The notes beneath the pieces were generated by a model, which was given only the letters and a program-made list of their open reading frames with translations, was not told the DNA's origin and did not search any database. Position numbers and translations under genes: made by a program. A DNA stretch of 62,751 nucleotides, counting the filler, from Choristocarpus tenellus KU-1152 (taxonomy: Eukaryota; Protista; Phaeophyceae), in assembly GCA_964200185.2 (NCBI GenBank). It is 13 parts of 13 records of this genome, joined end to end, with 100 filler letters (N's around TTAATTAATTAA, not from the genome) between each part and the next. Parts side by side here need not be neighbours in the genome. Positions count along the whole stretch, not along the records: positions 1 to 7,093 come from CAXNAD020006714.1; positions 7,194 to 13,555 come from CAXNAD020008298.1; positions 13,656 to 22,175 come from CAXNAD020004625.1; 10 more parts are not named here. One strand, 5' to 3'. The stretch's first letter is position 1; each line of letters starts with the position of its first letter. This document shows, piece after piece, positions 1 through 13,702 of this stretch.

Positions 1-1555
1 CAAAAAAAAACCTTTCGGTACTTTTTCAAGACCGTTTTTGCAGATCAACCATCCTCATAGCCCCGCTCCATCCTCAATTTTGAAAATTCTCTCTGTTAAC
101 AGCAGAAACAAAAGAGCCTGTACATGACTTATCCAATGGGACACCCTACATACGTCCTCGGGAAGAAAATTGAATGCATCTCAGACCCATGTGATATATT
201 TTCCTCTTGATCACTGCTCCTCCACAAGGACAGACAATAAAGATCAGTCTGACATCAACTTGTGAAAGACTGTTGGCAGTGAGTGCTGAAGGTTATTTGC
301 TTGTCAGTATTTTACTCACACCTCGTGTACTTGCTTTGTCCTTCGCTTTGTCTCCACCCACCCACTGAGTGCCTACCAAGCAAGATGCTTGTCAGCAACA
401 AGCCACAACAAATACTTCGAAGTACCAAGTACTGGAAACCCTTGATGGAGTATTTGCTGTAAACTCAAGAAAATCAACGAGACTACAATAACATGCTCTC
501 CCCCTCCCCCCCCAATAATATAGAAATAGTAACAAAATGCACTACTAAAGCACTTCCGATAATTCAATTCTCCGGCCTCTTGGTAAGAAAAAAAGACAAG
601 AGCAGGGACCAGCACAACCACCGTTTGATCTAAAACATAGTATGCTCCCCAGGCAGTGGGATGTGTCTCGAGGGGGGCAGAGATAGGGATAGGGTGTACA
701 AGGTTCAAGCACAGAAAGCAAGTTACAAAGAGAAATGAGTACGATGTGAATGCCAAAGCTCCCACACTACAATCAACAAAACGACCATACAGATGATGCC
801 GACAGCAAACAATCTATAATGCAAAAGGAAACGCACTTACCTCTTAGTCACCCACAATAAATAAAACAGAAACGAATCTTTGAATCCTTCATGCATGGTT
901 GCATGCAAACAAGAGTAAACTGAAAGGTGGAATGGCTAGCCACAATCCTCTCCCCCTTCCGACTCATGACGAATCTGCTGCTAACAGAATACGTACACAC
1001 ATCATCGCATCCACAGCAAACAAAAAATCTCCTCTGCCAATCTTCCACACCTCTGAATCTCATCCCGCCCACAACTAATAGCTCCTCAATACATAATGCA
1101 ACTGTGCTTTGAGCTATTGATCTGAAATCCATACACCCTAAAAACTGAGTTTGAGATACCCTGCCTGCTGGCATTCCCTCCTACCAAATAGCTATGAGGG
1201 TAGGAGAGTAGGCCACAACCACCTACCATGCAAATAAATATGAGAAACAAATATCGGTACAAATATCCAACCCCATTCAAGACAATCAACTCAAACCAAG
1301 TAATGCCCTGCACTTTGGTCCAAACACTAAAAGTTCTGTATTGAGGTCCATGTGAACAACACAGAATCCTTCGCAAGCACCCTCAATTTTACCCAAAAAG
1401 TAAATAAGACAAGAACACAAAGGAATACCTCAACTAACTTGGGGGTAATCAACCTTCCTCTAATTAATTGACATGACAACTTAACTGACGCCACATGTGA
1501 AAATGTTCAACTACACCACCCATATATGTCTACTGGTGCAGGAGGCTCTGCCGGG

Positions 1556-4500
1556 TCAAAACATCCTTTTTGAGGGCCGTGGTGAATTGTATGGACGCGA
1601 AGCCAATTCTGCAATATGGTTCTCCACCTTATCCTCCTCATCCCCATTATCTCCACCTTTACCTGTCCCTCTTCTTAACGGGAATGTCCGCCCTGGTGAC
1701 AGAACTCCTCCTGGCCTGGGCGACCTACCCCCACCCGATGGAGGCCCAACCCTTGGCGCCTTGGAACTCTTACCACTAGTCTTTGGGCTAAATATTGAAG
1801 AACCGCCAAATCGGTCAGAACGGAGTCTAAGTGAAAGCTTTCTCAGGCTCATGCTTGATGACTTTTCTCCTCCCTTAGGCGATCTCTCCAACCCCTTCGG
1901 TGTGCCATGCGATCCAATATTGGCCCTCTGCTGCCACCTGCTCTGATAGAGCCCACCAGTAGCGCTATGGACACTGCCTTGCCTGCTTTTCCCACCACCA
2001 CCCTGGGTCCTGCTGCTGCCTCCAAACGTGCGACCTAGGCCGCTAAGCCGTGGCGACAGTGCCAACCTCTCCCTGGGACTTGTCTCCTGCTTTAAGGTTG
2101 CCCGATTGGTACGACCCTCCCTTACGACAATGCAGATGGGCGTCTTCAAAGCAACTGGTATACCGTCCGAACTCCCTGTGCCTACCCCGCCTGCCCACCT
2201 CCCAAATCCACTTCCACTCTGAACTGGGTACAACTTGTTATCAATATCTCGGGTGGGTTGTGGAGGGAGAGCTGATGTCACATCAGCCTTAATGTCTGTC
2301 ATCTCCGCCCCTGCCTGGAGCAGAGCCACATACAGAGCTTCAGGCGCCTCTTCACGCAACACCAGTCTAGCACGTTCCCCTTCTTGCTGGTGTTGCATCA
2401 AGCAAGCTAGTAGTTTGATCACTAAGCTCTCTGTTTCGAAACCACCAATCTCTCCCATTGACCCTGGTCCAGACTTGTCACTACCGCTTCCGCAACCACT
2501 ACCACTCCTATGACTTCCGGCTTGGCTGGAAGGACTGCCCAGCGTTCCAATGTTTCCTGTGCCTGTGACAGCTTGCAGTTTGTAAGTAGAAAGCTTGTCC
2601 ACCAGAGAACGCAACACCACGGGGCTTACAAACTGGTGAGCAACTGTCGCACTCTCCTCACCCTTACTAGAGATAACAGCCCTGTGATGAAATTTCATAA
2701 TAGCAACAATTTGAGGGGTGAACAAGTTAAGGGTCAGAATGATACCCAGGCTGCTAGATGCACTGGGGAGGCATAGGGGGGGAGGGAACATACCAGTAAG
2801 AAGATAACACCACCGAGTACAAGAACCTCAGATGAAAACAAAGGAATAGGAGATAGCTCTAATCCAGAAAGACGCACCCTTCGATCCCCCTTGTCCTTCA
2901 CATCCGTAACTTGTAACTTGACTGCTAAAAACAAACAAGAGCCCACCATGATCAAAAAGAGCGTAACAGAGCAAATGTGCAACATATATTCTTGCACCAT
3001 CACCCAGAGCATCCACACTACGAGTACATCAGCACGGTCATTGTTTGTGTTTAACTAAAAATGGTTGTACTTCACACCAGATTCACGCCCTTGTAGCCTC
3101 AAAGCAGGCAAAGCAGGCGATGAAAAAAAGGAGCTACTTTTTCAACTACAAATTTTGCACAGTCTGGGCACTTGCCCCAGTTCATCCACAAAAGTTAGCA
3201 CACAGTTCCATAAGCCTGCCAATATCTGAATTCCCCTCACCCCCAAGAAATCGCAAAAATCTTATCCAGGGCTACCTGTGACCTCTTCTACACATCCAGA
3301 TGTGCAGTCTATGCATTATATATCCCTGCCTTGTGTGCTGCTCATTCCTATCCATACATATATAAACAGGATGTGTAAAACAGCAACACAACACAATAGA
3401 CATTAACTCTTTGATCATTCATCACTACGATCCTCTCATTTTCCCACCTGGCAATAATCAGAAACTGATGAAGCGTCGACTCCTTCAGCTTAGAAGAGTT
3501 CACCATGGCAAGCGCCTGATCATCAGTCACTATCTGCGCCCCAGCTCCCGACAATGTCCAGTGAACCGGCACTGACACCATCAAACACACAAGGCATGTT
3601 GCCCACATCAACAATGCCGCCCCATTATTTCCCTCCCCCTTCTCCTTACTCTTGGGCTTTGGCGATGGATCCCTTGGAGAAACACCCCCCCCAGCCCGAG
3701 GAGACTTATCATACCTCACCCTCCCCACTCCAAGCTCCTTCCACATCATTGTAAACAGAATAGGCCACAGCCCATTTGCTTTTCTACTTGCAGCTGCGAG
3801 TCCCCCTTCCCCAAGCGAAGCTAGAGCATAGTACAGGGCCTCAAGTAGTTCTGGCACTAGATCCTCTGACACCTGGCTAGCCGACATGGCCTTCATTGAC
3901 AAAAGGGGTACAAAGTGGAGGGAAGGAATGACCAAGAGGGGAAATAGAGGGGGAACATCATACCAACACATTATATATACAGTACCATAAACTTTTAAAC
4001 ATGAAGTGAATAGGTATCATGGATTAAAAAAGTCACCCTAGAAATACCAGTATCCAAAGCTAACACACTACCCACCACTAAAAAAATAAATAAATAATCC
4101 ACTACAACAGCACCATCAGCACTAAAATGCTAGTACACAAGCACCAGCATCAGTCTATGTAACACACTGGTCTTACATCAACCACCACAACTGCCCTAGA
4201 CTTCCATCCGCTTCGAACAACAACCACCCCTACACACCGTAACAAACACCACTCCTAACTCAATTCCTCATGTTCCTCCTCTGATTGCCTCCCATCCCAC
4301 CTAACCATTTCTCACACCATAAACACAAAAAAAAATCAAACTACATCAAATATCTCCAACTGCCACTGAACCAACAGTCCATTCCCCCCACCCCCTCCCC
4401 CAACAAACACCCCAAGCAAACACACCTCCACTGCACACTCCAGAAAACCTTCCACCAGGTCCTGCTCCAGCAAGAAGCCAGGCTCCTTAACATACAATTT

Positions 4501-6337
4501 GAAGTACAAACCCGCAATACATGGCTCCTCAGACCGAGATGATGGCAACATAACCTCCTCCGGAAGATAGGCCGGAGCCCAACGAAGCGACGCCTCAGGC
4601 TTCTTGCGCCCTCGCCAGTCCTCCCAGTGGTCCAACATGGACTTGCACAGACGGTCTCTGCAGGTCGGGTCCCACACCAACAGTGGGGCCACTACAGAAT
4701 CGTCCATGAGCTGCACTAGTCCCTTGCCAGATTCTGTACAGGGTTAGGGGTGCAGAATCGTAGGGGGGTTGAGGGTCATACAGGGTGTTTGTATAGGTGT
4801 CGGGTTTTTTAATTGTCAAATCAAGGTACAGCAATAAATATTCAAACAAGAGTGAACCAAAAACGTGCTTGTCCATTGGAAACAATGACCACTACTGTAG
4901 TATTATGGAGGGTCAATCTCTCGTGGATATCTGAGGATGATGCTAAGGAGACCATCAAACAGTGGATCAACTCAGTGTGTCAGGACTCACTGGAGTATCA
5001 TTTTACATCAATATCAGTATCTTTCCACAATCCATAGACATATCACACATTCCAGCCAATTACTGTCCAGAGTAGTTCTGGCTGATAAATACTTTTCATT
5101 CAAAAGAATGTTACAAATGCCTTGTGAATAAAGTTTGCATGGGTATAGGAACAGTGTCATTAGAAACTGACTCTGCAAATAGCGCTTCTCCCTGTAGAGT
5201 TCTAGAAATCACTAACACTTGTCAGCAAGGTGTCACCTCTTCCTAGCAAGAAGGTATTCCCAACCCTAACCCTTCTTTGTTCAAGGGGTGCAAAATCACT
5301 CCCACACAGAGATACAGATAACCACCAAAAAAAATGTATTGAATATACCAAAACCCAAATAAATATCTACAATCCTGCATACCAGAAACTGTATGTTGAT
5401 TAGGATAGAATGATTAGAATACTACGGATACAGCACCATAAACAGCACTATTATGATTAGAAAGTACTTCAACGCACACAAAGTAAACAAAACCAAGCGA
5501 TCTTCAAAGCAAACGGATTATACGTCAATAGTAAGAAATGTGATCAGCTATCTATCTATCTATCTCTAGCTATCCGGTTAGTATTATACCTTCCAAAACA
5601 CACTCAAATACTAGATACAAATAATACATTACCAGTAGGTATAGTAATGAAAGCAACACTCACACACAAAACAAACCCAACGTCCTCTACCCTACAGAAA
5701 AAAAAAAACACCCCACCCCACCCCACCCCACATTATTCTTGTTCTAAGACAAGAACAATTATTGCTTGCATCACACCAAACCAATCAAACCAATTGAATC
5801 AAGTCAAATCATACTTCCTCACAGCCCGTATCACCACTTCTAATTATACAAGGTGCAGACTGAGCCAACACCAATGCAGTCACCAGTTGTAGGTACAACA
5901 ACATAGTTGTAGAGGGTACTGCCAAATACTCTCTCACCATCTGTCTCGAGGTGCAGTAACAACAGCTCCGGCAGCACTCGTCCCAAGGCAATGCTAACGT
6001 CAGGAAGGAAACGACTAAGGCGATTCAAGATCACCGCACACCGCAGACGTGTAGAAAAAGATAAAGATACACACGCCACCCTTATACAAACCCCAATAAA
6101 AAGATCAAACAATTGTTGTTGCAGTGGAAGGGGGGCAGAGAGTGGGAGGCATGCGTAAGCCAAAGACAGTCGACATGGCAGCAGGCAGTAACACTTCACC
6201 AAAGGGACACAACAGTTAAAACATACTCTCACACTGCTCCTATACATTCCCTGGCACCATCACCCTATCATCATCAAAAACACATCTCCAAAACATGCCT
6301 TAAAGAGCCATCTTTTCATCCTTTTTTTCTTTTTTCA

Positions 6338-6368
<31 letters not shown>

Positions 6369-6690
6369 TCTCCCCCCCCCCCTCACTCACGCCCGTGCGG
6401 CGGAGAAGAGGAGANNNNNNNNNNTTTTTTTTTTTTTTTTCTTCCCCCCCCCCCCCCCCCCCCCCAACCCTTTTTCAAACCTACCCCCCTCCCCCTTCCA
6501 TACCTCGAGAGCAACAGTGGCACAGCCCCCAAGCTCAGCAAATGCCTTGCTGCCAACAAACTCCCTGTCAAGAGACACAAAAGGACATGAAGGGCTGCAT
6601 CAACCTCCCCCAGCTCCGAATCATTGTCCTTCTGCTCTTCCCCATCCACTGCAACAACGCCTTCCAGCAACAACGCACACACCTTCCATT
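1556..6690 (-). CDS. RME-8/DNAJC13/GRV2-like ARM-repeat protein, C-terminal exons (partial, spliced)
   Basis: Exons at about 6500-6690, 5938-6030, 4425-4731, 3553-3895, 3428-3535 and 1556-2710. The spliced peptide VSIALGRVLPELLLLHLETDE-SGKGLVQLMDDSVVAPLLVWDPTCRDRL...RWAPAYLPEE...EEPCIAGLYFKLYVKEPGFLL resembles the RME-8 C-terminal pattern (RFLP...PELIW...ELxVGGxYLRxxxxxP). Family recognised from memory; boundaries approximate. Confidence 0.6.
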
Positions 6691-7093
6691 GGATCAAGAA
6701 ACGACAAGCCACAAGGGTATCCTCACAACACAACACAACCAACATTATTGTCGAATGCAGCGCTTTCGCAACACAACCAACATTCCGCTATTGTCCAAGT
6801 TTCCCCCCCTGCAGGCGTACTTCAATACTTTGCACCAAAGGTAACCTAACCCTAAGAGACAGCATTCCCGGCAACAACAACATAAGCCCACTAACAGCAT
6901 TGCAAAAAAAGAGAGTCTCTCCCTCTCCTTACTCATCCCTACCCCCATCTCTCCTTCACAACTCTATCATGAAGAACATCATCAACTTCAATCCCACCAC
7001 AACAGTGGTTCAAAGTGTCTGGGGGGGGGGGGGGGGGGGCCGCTCTCGGGGGCGCTATTTTTCCCTTGGTGGTTGTGTGGGGTGGCTTCTGGG

Positions 7094-7193
7094 NNNNNNN
7101 NNNNNNNNNNNNNNNNNNNNNNNNNNNNNNNNNNNNNTTAATTAATTAANNNNNNNNNNNNNNNNNNNNNNNNNNNNNNNNNNNNNNNNNNNN
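7094..7193. other. Artificial contig-joining linker (44 N + TTAATTAATTAA + 44 N); first of 12
   Basis: Identical 100-bp blocks with a six-frame-stop core at 7094-7193, 13556-13655, 22176-22275, 25472-25571, 31370-31469, 38372-38471, 42102-42201, 44775-44874, 48030-48129, 52005-52104, 55265-55364 and 59394-59493. Confidence 0.97.
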
Positions 7194-8041
7194 AAGCACA
7201 GGAAGACAGTAGTACAAATTTGATAGTGGTGAAGTAACTGATAGACTAGTGGTTTCCACATTTACATGTGTTTTATAGTGTTCTCACGTTGAGGATATTT
7301 TATTTCTTTAGGGCTAATAACGACATATGTATAGTTTTCATTGGTTTTCCCCCTGACACATCTGCAAAATGTCAGAGGGCATAATAATAAAATAGTGTCT
7401 AAAAGTGATCCAGAAAATACATTGAAAAGGAATGTGTACGAAATTCGTTTCTCTTACAACCAAAACAGCGTGTTATACGAATAAAAAATTTTTCAATCGC
7501 AAGAGCTAGGCTTCTAGTTGAACCGTCTACCTTTGGCACTATTGACCTACCCCTCCCACCTCCACTGCTCAACGCCACTAAAGCTACCTCACCAATCACG
7601 TAGCTAATGTATATTTGTAACAGAGTGACCTAATGCTGCAACCAAGGTAGGGATGCCTAAAATTGTCCTGTAGTCGCTTCAACATTTTAGTGATAGACAA
7701 AGATAATGGAAAGAACATACATTGGTGTGCGTTGGTTCTTTATAGGTCAGATTTTTCCTTGTGCAGATTTGATGTGCTAGTATGAACTGTGCAAAGTATT
7801 CCTGTATAACAGAGCCTAAGTCAATACATTTTGTTTTTGGTGGACTTGTAGGGTTTGGGGAAAGGAGGACAGAAGCGGTCCACAACTAACTGATATTAGA
7901 TGTGTGAAAATGGAAAACGTAAGAAATACACCAAAAGGTACAAGATTTAAGGAACTGTTTACCCGAGATGTGAATTAGTGCATTCTGACAAGATATACAG
8001 ATCCCCTTTAGATGGTGCTGCGTTTCACATACACAAGTAAA

Positions 8042-8300
8042 GAATGAAAGTATCTTAGAGAGTACGAGTTTAGCCCTTTTTGTCCATTTGGGGATTGACT
8101 TTCCATGGGTTCTTTTATGCCGTTTTCTTACTCCAAAATGTTTCGGAGTAGGTAAAATGTATACGTTATGAAAAGGTGTGTCCGGAACATGGATATTGAC
8201 ACTTCCTAACAAACACGATACCCAAAATTACATCAAAATCGTAACATCGGATTTTGGGCCCAAAATGGACGCGGCTCTACCCTCCAAGATACTTTGGCTC
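8042..8300 (-). mobile_element. MITE family A, copy 1 (~255 bp)
   Basis: Terminal inverted repeats GAATGAAAGTATCTTAGAG...CTCCAAGATACTTTGGCTC. Interior matches the other copies. Flanks TAAA/AAAA. Confidence 0.9.
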
Positions 8301-8846
8301 AAAACGCAAACACGTTTATGTACTTGAACGATATTGTGAAAAATTGTGAAAATTATTTACTACGAACTAATGTCAAATGAACTGAATTACAATATTCCTT
8401 TTTGGTCTATTTTAATATTCTATATCCAAATGCTGTAACTCCCAAAATAATGGCATCAAGATCCAACCGAAGTTCTTTTTGGTGTGTAGGCAGTTGCATA
8501 TTGAACAAATCGTGTAATAAATACTGTAAAGTCCATCATTAGTATCTACCACAAGAATTTGCACAATGCTCGTTGTTGCAACATCATACACACCAGTATT
8601 ACATTTTACTCGAATTCGCGACTCCTCTATAGATTTACCTTTCAAATCATTACTTCATGGATGAGCCCTCCCCTTCCCAATCTCAGTCTTCATTCCCTTG
8701 CATCTCCCCTTCACTTCATTCCAACCTCTGTGCTGCTTATGCGGTATATGTGTGGTTCTTTTTTTCTGCACTCACGCCTTTTTGTGTTTGGGCACATGTG
8801 TTATTTTCAGTTGCAGAACGAGCCTCTCTGCCTTGAGGTTTCCCAA

Positions 8847-10945
8847 CTAGGGTACCACAGTTGGTGGAAACACCTGAGGTGGCCCAATGAGCGCGTACCC
8901 AACTTGGAGGAACTGCATGTAACCGGGAAACTTAGACGTGTATTCTGCAAACTGATGCCAGGCAAGCGTCATTCTGCCAGGTTGAAGAATAGTTTTAATC
9001 TGAAGTAAATGGGAAGGGCACTGTCCAATGTTCCTTCGGGCCAAAACGAATATAGAGGGGCTGCTTGAGCTCTAATGCTCACCATATTTTTAGAGGCCTT
9101 ATCAAAGGAGATAGGAATGATGATACAATAAGTTCCTATTTGGAGTACATCCCAAATAGCAAATTCACACTATTTATGCCACCCACACTCAGATGAACAC
9201 CTTAACGCGTATTTCTGTGTGTATTTGTGCGTGTATTCCCCTGAGTGTGTGTAAGGGCATGTATGCACCTATGCTCTCTGAAACGCCTGTGACTGAAATG
9301 CCTGCCTCTTCACCTACACTCGGGATCATGGTGCAGACGTGGGCTTAGTGATGTATCGGATTGTAGCATGGTGCTATATTCGTCGGCATTGTCAGGGCAG
9401 GCAGGAGGACTATTGTATTTCGAGCCTTCCAAGTATGTGATCAAGAGCAACAAGACCCACTACAACCAGCAAACAGGTAGGTCATCACTGAGGGCTATAG
9501 GACCTTCTCCAGAGTCAATTGTTTTTCCCCAGAGCAGGCTCTGGTGTGTAGGCAGTCAAGACGGCCATGGGCAGGGATGGGAGTGAAGGAAGTTGCCAAA
9601 AGGAAAGGCTGTAATAGCAATACGTTTCCAACTTCAACTATCAACAACACCAAATCTCTACGATCCCTTCGAGCCAAAGTATCTTAGAGGGTAGAGTCGC
9701 GTCCATTTGGGGGTCAAAATAATACAATGTTGTGATTTTGATGTAATTTTGACTGTGGCGTTTGTTAGGAAGTATCAATATCTATGTTTCGGACACACCT
9801 TTCATAACGTGTACATTTTACCTACTCCAAAACATTTTGGAGTCGGAAAATGTAATAAAAAAAACATGGGAAGCTGAGCCCCACAATGGACAAACAGGGA
9901 AAATTCGTACCCTCTAAGATAGTTTCACTCCTTCCTCTCCCTCCACCTTCCTCGCCAAACTTACCCCCAGCCTCCTCTCGGACTCAATCTCTTCCCATCC
10001 TTCCTTCCTACCTCCTCACCCACCCTACATGACCGGCCGCCTCTCCCTACACCCATTGGATCCCACCCACACAACAGATCGTGTACATCCAACGAACGCA
10101 AGGAACAAGAGATCCTCCTAATATCCATTTCTTTCGATAAGGCATCCACTCCCTCGCCCTAACCCTAAGCCTAACCCTAAGCCTAAGCCTAAGCCTTCCG
10201 GTGTCCACTCCCTAACCTACACAGTAGAACTTCCTTCTCATTTCCCCACCCCATGCCAAAGATATTAGCACACGCTAAAAAGCAACTTTCAATAACTTCG
10301 TGATGATATGCAAATGTATTGAGAAAGTAAAAATATTTGAACTTGTGGTACGACATGAGTTTTACCTGGAAGCATTAACCACCACAAAATCCACCATATC
10401 ATCTTATTTTACAGGACGCCCCCACTCTACTGCCTCAACTTCCCCCTCTCTAATTGATCCATCGACTCTCCAATCACCTCACTCAGATTTTCATGATACC
10501 TCTCTCCCACCCCTTCACCTCACCCAACTCTAGTCCCAAGGTATGCCCGACCTGAGCAGAAGGTTTCCATCAGTAGACAGCGGTGCGGAGCAACATGCAA
10601 CTTCCCCTCAAAGCTAAGGCAGCTCCTCCCCTCCCCATGAGCCTTTTTTTCGAGGTAGGCCCTCACCCAGTCCTCATCCCCACCTGCGCCCCCCCCCCCA
10701 TCAGACCTTGGAGCTGGTGAAGGCTGATTACTGCTTTCCCCCTTTCCCACCCCAAAGCCAGCCACAGCTCTGCCATTTACTATGGATGTCGTCATAGCCC
10801 TGTGTTCGGCCATAGAGAACAGAGGTAAGAAGGTATCAATCCATGGTTCTGTTTCTCCTTTCCCCCGAGGTACAGTGCCGTAGTATTGCTTAGCTGGAGG
10901 AGCGAGATAGTAAGAGAGCAGAAGACGTGATACTCGAAGCCTCAA
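8847..10945 (-). CDS. Probable multi-exon gene fragment, unknown product
   Basis: GC-richer open segments at 10520-10945, 9961-10149 and 8847-9044. The first two end at GT-donor-like sites. No family recognised. Confidence 0.35.
9671..9930 (+). mobile_element. MITE family A, copy 2
   Basis: TIR GAGCCAAAGTATCTTAGAGGGTA...TACCCTCTAAGATAGTTTCACTC. Perfect 4-bp TSD CTTC. Confidence 0.92.
10157..10194 (+). repeat. Short interstitial telomere-like tract (CCCTAA/GCCTAA units)
   Basis: ccctaaccctaagcctaaccctaagcctaagcctaagcc. Shorter CCCTAACCC pieces occur near 5261, 30735 (reverse), 32418, 56441 and 56760. Confidence 0.6.
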
Positions 10946-11501
10946 ACTGAATATTAGACCTAAAACCTTAAACGAAGCAAGAACAAATTCTAACTCAACC
11001 CTGGCGGAGTGTCCTTGTCATACAACCACAAAATAGAACTTTGAGCTCAACTGCATGGTGAGAGGAGCACTATGCTGCAGAAGAAGTATTTACCCACAAA
11101 AGGGGTATGTGATTACTACTTCTTCAACCCTCACAAGCGCTATCTAAATAAAACCACCCCCAGTCACCCAAATAGTCATTGCGACAAGACCATGTGCATT
11201 TCAAATGTTGTGTATAACTGGCTGCTAGTATATTCTACCCCTTTGAATTTCTTTCAGTTGTATACTCACACCAAAAAGAAGGTCGGAAAGGTACCCGTTC
11301 ATTCCGTCAACACGTTCTTTGGCATTACCGTTCCCCTGCAATAAAATTTACGAAAAAGAGCCGAGAAATTTGCTCATTCATTGGGACCAATATTTGCAGG
11401 ATATCGTATCAAGTTTGAATAGGCTCAAATATGGAGACGATACTCATGACCTAATAGTTTGGTGCTTGGGACATCTGATTGAGGTTGTGGATAGTTGTGT
11501 T

Positions 11502-11755
11502 GAGTGAAAGTATCTCAGAGGGTACGAGTTTTGTCCTGTTTGTCCATTTGGGGCTTGGCTTCCCTCGGGGTTTTATGACATTTTCCCTCGACAAAAATAT
11601 TTCGGAGTAGGTAAAATGTATGTTATAAAAAGGTGTCTAGAACAAGGGTATTTACACTTCCTAGCAAACACGATAGCCAAAATTACATCGAAATCGCAAC
11701 ATTGAATTTTGGCCCCCAAATGGACGCGGCTCTACCCTCAAAGATACTTTGGCTC
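11502..11755 (-). mobile_element. MITE family A, copy 3
   Basis: GAGTGAAAGTATCTCAGAGGGTA...TACCCTCAAAGATACTTTGGCTC. Perfect 4-bp TSD TGTT. Confidence 0.92.
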
Positions 11756-12969
11756 TGTTGTGAACTGAAATATTTTTACGACTACAAATAAATGGGCGGA
11801 GAAAATTTTGATTAATCAAAGTGATCTATGAGTGTAGGAGACGATGCGAGAAAAACGCGCGTAGGCCACCGAGTGGCGCATGACGCCTTAAAGTAAGAGG
11901 TTCAAAGCATCCACAGGTTATTCATGATGCAGATGCCAAGCCATGAACATGAACCGTGTAGTAAGTTGTGGTTAATATCACGTTATGAAGAATATGTGGT
12001 TTATCTTTGACTTCAGACACTACGTTGAGTCAATAGTTACACTTCTCCTTGTTATGTGACAAAAAACACCAAAGGATCCAACCATTTTTGTTCAGTTTAT
12101 TAGTTGTTATGATCAGGTGGGCTGGCGCCTATTGAAGTCCTGTCACAATTCACAACAGCGCAATTATAGTAATGAATGGTTAACAATGAAGTAGGTTGAA
12201 ATCAAATAAATGTAGAGATGGTTGTTTCATACGGTTGCAGGTGTATTATTGTGCTCTTTCTTCTAGCTCGTTATCAATGTGAGTGTTGTGTTTTTCTTGA
12301 GAAATTTATGCACAAGATAGTGTTACTGCGTATCGGAGGGGAGAAGTCCTCATCAATCAACAACGTTAGACTCGGCGACGAGACAGCAAATCTCTTTGTC
12401 TTGTAATGGTGTACCGTGCATAAAACTTCGTCACGAGTTTTTCTCCAGATATACTTAATAGCTGGGCGGTGCCGGTAGGGTGACATTCAACTTCCTGATC
12501 GAGTCACATATCTCTTTTCCTGTTTGCAAGGGTCGTGAGAGAGAATGGGTTTCTGGAGTATCAAGATATGGGCAATGTTCTTTGCCTGCATCATTTGTGA
12601 CTGGTCCATCGTCTATATTCATTTCTAACTTTACAGCCCCACCTCAGCAGTTGAGAGGGAGCTTGTCTGGCGGTCGTCATGATGCAGTAATACCTGTAGT
12701 TGTGGTTATGGATCTCGTTGCATGTACTGTCCCAACCCTCTACATCCTAGGTGTGGGATCATGCCGCCTGATGTTCGTCATTGAGATAGCTTCATCTTTC
12801 ATTTTCCCACCTTCAATAATTATTCTTCCAGCTCGAGCACCCTGAGCATGTGCTTATACTTCTTCTATTTTATAGGTATTTTAATGTCGTGGTCTTCATG
12901 TTCCTGTGAGTAACATGTCACGTTTTCGACATAATATCAGCCACCATTCAAAGTGAGGAAGAAGATAAA

Positions 12970-13082
12970 GGCTCAAAGTATCTGGGAGGGGGTAACGGCT
13001 GTCCATTTGGGGCCAATTTTTTCATGTCACGATTTTTGNNNNNNNNNNTAGACCCCCCCCCCCCTTCCGGATACTTTGGGTC
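12970..13082 (+). mobile_element. MITE family B, copy 1 (internal N gap)
   Basis: GGCTCAAAGTATCTGGGAGGGGG...CCGGATACTTTGGGTC, with the subterminal GTCCATTTGGGG motif. Confidence 0.85.
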
Positions 13083-13402
13083 AAAGGCACTTTTAGAGCT
13101 TGTCTTTGTAACTCACATAACCATACTTTTGACACACAGGTTAAGCCTATTTGAGATTTGACGTACCATTGCCCTTGCACTCAGTCCTGAGACTGTAATG
13201 CAGATGGGGGCTCTAACAGAATGCTGTTGAGCAAACACCACATACCTCAAAAAGCATGGGTCTGGCGTGTGCGTAACATACCCGTTGGCAGTCGCTCAAA
13301 AAATTGTTTGGAACGCTGTCTATCTGTCCCCAGACTTTTCACCCTCCCGGTATATTGTATAGGTACATTTATAGCCTTCTTTGTCGTGTCACCTTAACGC
13401 AT

Positions 13403-13555
13403 GAGCCAATGTATCTTAGAGGGTAGAGCCGCGTCCATTTGGGGGCCAAAATGTTGCGTAATTTTGGCTATGGTGTTTGTTAGGAAGTGTCAGTATCCTT
13501 GCTGCGGACACACCTTTTCATAACGTATACATTTTACCTACTCCGAAATATTTTG
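13403..13555 (+). mobile_element. MITE family A, copy 4 (cut by contig end)
   Basis: Starts GAGCCAATGTATCTTAGAGGGTA and follows the family A interior up to the gap. Confidence 0.9.
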
Positions 13556-13702
13556 NNNNNNNNNNNNNNNNNNNNNNNNNNNNNNNNNNNNNNNNNNNNT
13601 TAATTAATTAANNNNNNNNNNNNNNNNNNNNNNNNNNNNNNNNNNNNNNNNNNNNTTATTCGCGAGGGCGCCCCTCTGGCAGCCCTAGCTCTTGGGTGGG
13701 GT

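Noticed and set aside
10157-10194. Telomere or chromosome-fusion site
   Set aside because: Only about 6 degenerate units inside a probable intron. Similar short CCCTAA runs are scattered through the window.
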